Shown in pieces: positions 62,362 through 64,000 of a stretch of 64,000 nucleotides of DNA. This DNA is from a bacterium. Lineage in GTDB: Bacteria > UBA8248. The translations under genes were made by a program, and so were the position numbers. The stretch covers positions 3,008,001 through 3,072,000 of the forward strand of contig OZ253442.1 of NCBI GenBank assembly GCA_965261085.1, given 5' to 3'. Within the stretch, counting starts at the first letter, position 1. The number at the start of each line of letters is the position of its first letter. Under the pieces are notes generated by a model. The model was not told where the DNA came from and did not search any database. It saw only the letters and a program-made list of their open reading frames with translations.

Positions 62362-63252
62362 CTAGAGGCCGAAGCCGAAGAGCGCGTTCGCGTTGCCGAA
62401 GGCGGCTTTTTCGATCTCCGCCTCGGCGATGCCCCCCCGGCGCATGGCGCGAATCGCCCGGGGGATGCAGTAGAGGTCGTTCGACGTGTAGGGGATGAGG
62501 TCCGAGTTGAGCATCATGCGCTCGGCGCCATGACGCCTCACCCACTCCACGACGGCGGCAGGGGGAATAGGACGAAGCCGGCTGCCAAGGCTCGTCGCGC
62601 ACCATGCGCCCGTTTGTTCGTGCACGAAATCCACAATCGTCGCATCCACGTGATCGACCACGAGCAGCGCGTGGTCCAACCCTGCGGCATCGATGACTTC
62701 CATATCCATCTTCAGATAATGAAGCCTGAATTCCTCGGGAGAGATCGAGCCTTGCGTGTCCACGCCGCCCAGGAATTCCTTTGGGTTCTTGTACGTGGGC
62801 GTGTGAAGAATCAGGGGCATCTTAAACTCCGCCGCGATACGCGCCTGCGCTTCCAGGCATCTGGCCTGATCTTCCAAGTCCCAGGAAAAACCAAAGTACT
62901 GGCCAGGGTCCAGACCCACCTCGCCCAGGGCGGCCACACGCTCGTTCTCCAGATAGCCGGGAAGCGCGTCAATGAGCCTCTCCCAGCCATCCACCCGCGT
63001 CATCGAGCTGACGCCTACGGCGCACATGGCCCGTATATGGTGTTTGGCCTCAGCGGCTTCGGCCATCCTGAGTGGGCTCTCCCAAAGCCTCCGCACGTCT
63101 TCTGGTCCAGGCGCGCGCCTCCATATCTCGCGGTGCACGTGGGGGTTTCCACACGAGAGAACGGAACCCGCCATCCCGCACATGCCCTGGAGTTCCCAGT
63201 CGTCAAAACTGAATCCATGCAGGTGATTATGGCTGTCGATGAACCTGTCCAT
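62362..63252 (-). CDS. TatD-like metal-dependent hydrolase
   Basis: IDSHNH, ALGEVGLD, ILHTP, VDH, NSD. Confidence 0.8.
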   Translation of the reverse strand: MDRFIDSHNHLHGFSFDDWELQGMCGMAGSVLSCGNPHVHREIWRRAPGPEDVRRLWESPLRMAEAAEAKHHIRAMCAVGVSSMTRVDGWERLIDALPGYLENERVAALGEVGLDPGQYFGFSWDLEDQARCLEAQARIAAEFKMPLILHTPTYKNPKEFLGGVDTQGSISPEEFRLHYLKMDMEVIDAAGLDHALLVVDHVDATIVDFVHEQTGAWCATSLGSRLRPIPPAAVVEWVRRHGAERMMLNSDLIPYTSNDLYCIPRAIRAMRRGGIAEAEIEKAAFGNANALFGFGL

Positions 63253-63253
63253 T

Positions 63254-64000
63254 CTAAGCCTCGGATTTTCTCGCCAGAAACACGTAGCGGCTCAAGCTGA
63301 AAAAATACTCCCCGCGCTCGCCCAGCGCCATCAAATCCTCCGCCCAGGCCTTGGCCTCTTCTTTCGGCACGCCGCCCTTGCGGATGACGAACGGCACGAT
63401 GACGCTCACCATGCCGTGGCTGTAGTTCTCCGCAGGATACTCCGTATTGAGAAGAGGCAAAACCCTTACGTCTGTGATCTCAAAACCCGCGCCGTGCAAC
63501 AGGGGCGATAGTCTTCTCGGCAGATGAGGGTCCGCCAGATGCGCGTCCCACGCGGTGAATATCCGCTTCGCCCGTGCGGCGTCCTCCGCGTTCCACACGA
63601 GCGAACCCCAATCCGTATCCATGATGAGGGCGCGTCCGCCAGGCTTGAGCACGCGGAAGAGCTCCGCCAGGGCGGCCTCCATGTCGGTGACGTACTCATA
63701 GACTTGCGAGATGATGGCCGCATCGAAACCGCCATCCTCAAAAGGCAAACTCAGCGCGTCGGCCTCCCGGAACGACACGTGCGGCTGCGATTCGCACCGC
63801 GCCTCGGCGAGGGTAAGCATGGGCGCGCTTTTATCCACGCCGACAACAACTCCAGCTTCCCCCACTATCCGTGCGGCTTCCAGCGTCATGAAGCCGGGGC
63901 CTGCGCCCAAATCGAGCACGCGCTCACCCGGCCGGGGAGCAACCATCTCCAGAAGGGCCTTACGCTGCGCGACCACGTCCGCCGTCGTGTAGACGGCCTC
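63254..64000 (-). CDS. Class I SAM-dependent methyltransferase (start likely beyond window)
   Basis: VLDLGAGPG, ADALSLPF, RVLKPGG. Confidence 0.9.
   Translation of the reverse strand, partial: EAVYTTADVVAQRKALLEMVAPRPGERVLDLGAGPGFMTLEAARIVGEAGVVVGVDKSAPMLTLAEARCESQPHVSFREADALSLPFEDGGFDAAIISQVYEYVTDMEAALAELFRVLKPGGRALIMDTDWGSLVWNAEDAARAKRIFTAWDAHLADPHLPRRLSPLLHGAGFEITDVRVLPLLNTEYPAENYSHGMVSVIVPFVIRKGGVPKEEAKAWAEDLMALGERGEYFFSLSRYVFLARKSEA

Overview
This is a chromosomal window from a bacterium; the gene content suggests a Nitrospinota/Tectomicrobia-like or deltaproteobacterial-like lineage, which is inference only. Most of it is housekeeping and catabolic genes: aroB, pilM, dusB, tsaD, an S41 protease, tkt, eno, nrdR, rpiB, a dksA-like gene, rsfS-nadD-proB-obg-rpmA-rplU, mnmA, leuA, rsmD, a 2-oxoacid dehydrogenase E1a/E1b/E2 set, pepA, and several SDR, RidA and MmgE/PrpD genes. 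I found no rRNA, tRNA, CRISPR array, integrase or transposase. Notable points: (1) Four non-coding hot spots (5.3, 9.0, 10.7-12.0 and 37.8-38.5 kb) are built from one family of MITE-like ends (GGGGYTGTTGAAAAA) carrying different REP hairpins, and appear nested into a specific REP. (2) A block of about 20 kb of core genes has clearly lower GC and similar 10-bp-periodic motifs near both ends. (3) An AT-rich inverted repeat is followed by a ~46-bp tandem array at 36.2-36.75 kb. (4) A disrupted ABC/AAA_21-type ATPase plus PIN-like nuclease pair is a candidate defence system. (5) A stand-alone 31-aa basic peptide gene has its own promoter, SD and terminator. (6) An AtzA/TriA-like amidohydrolase sits directly upstream of a divergent AtzD/barbiturase-family enzyme, a candidate uncharacterised N-heterocycle catabolic pathway. 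(7) rsfS probably starts at ATT. Family assignments come from motif recognition and recalled reference sequences, not database searches.
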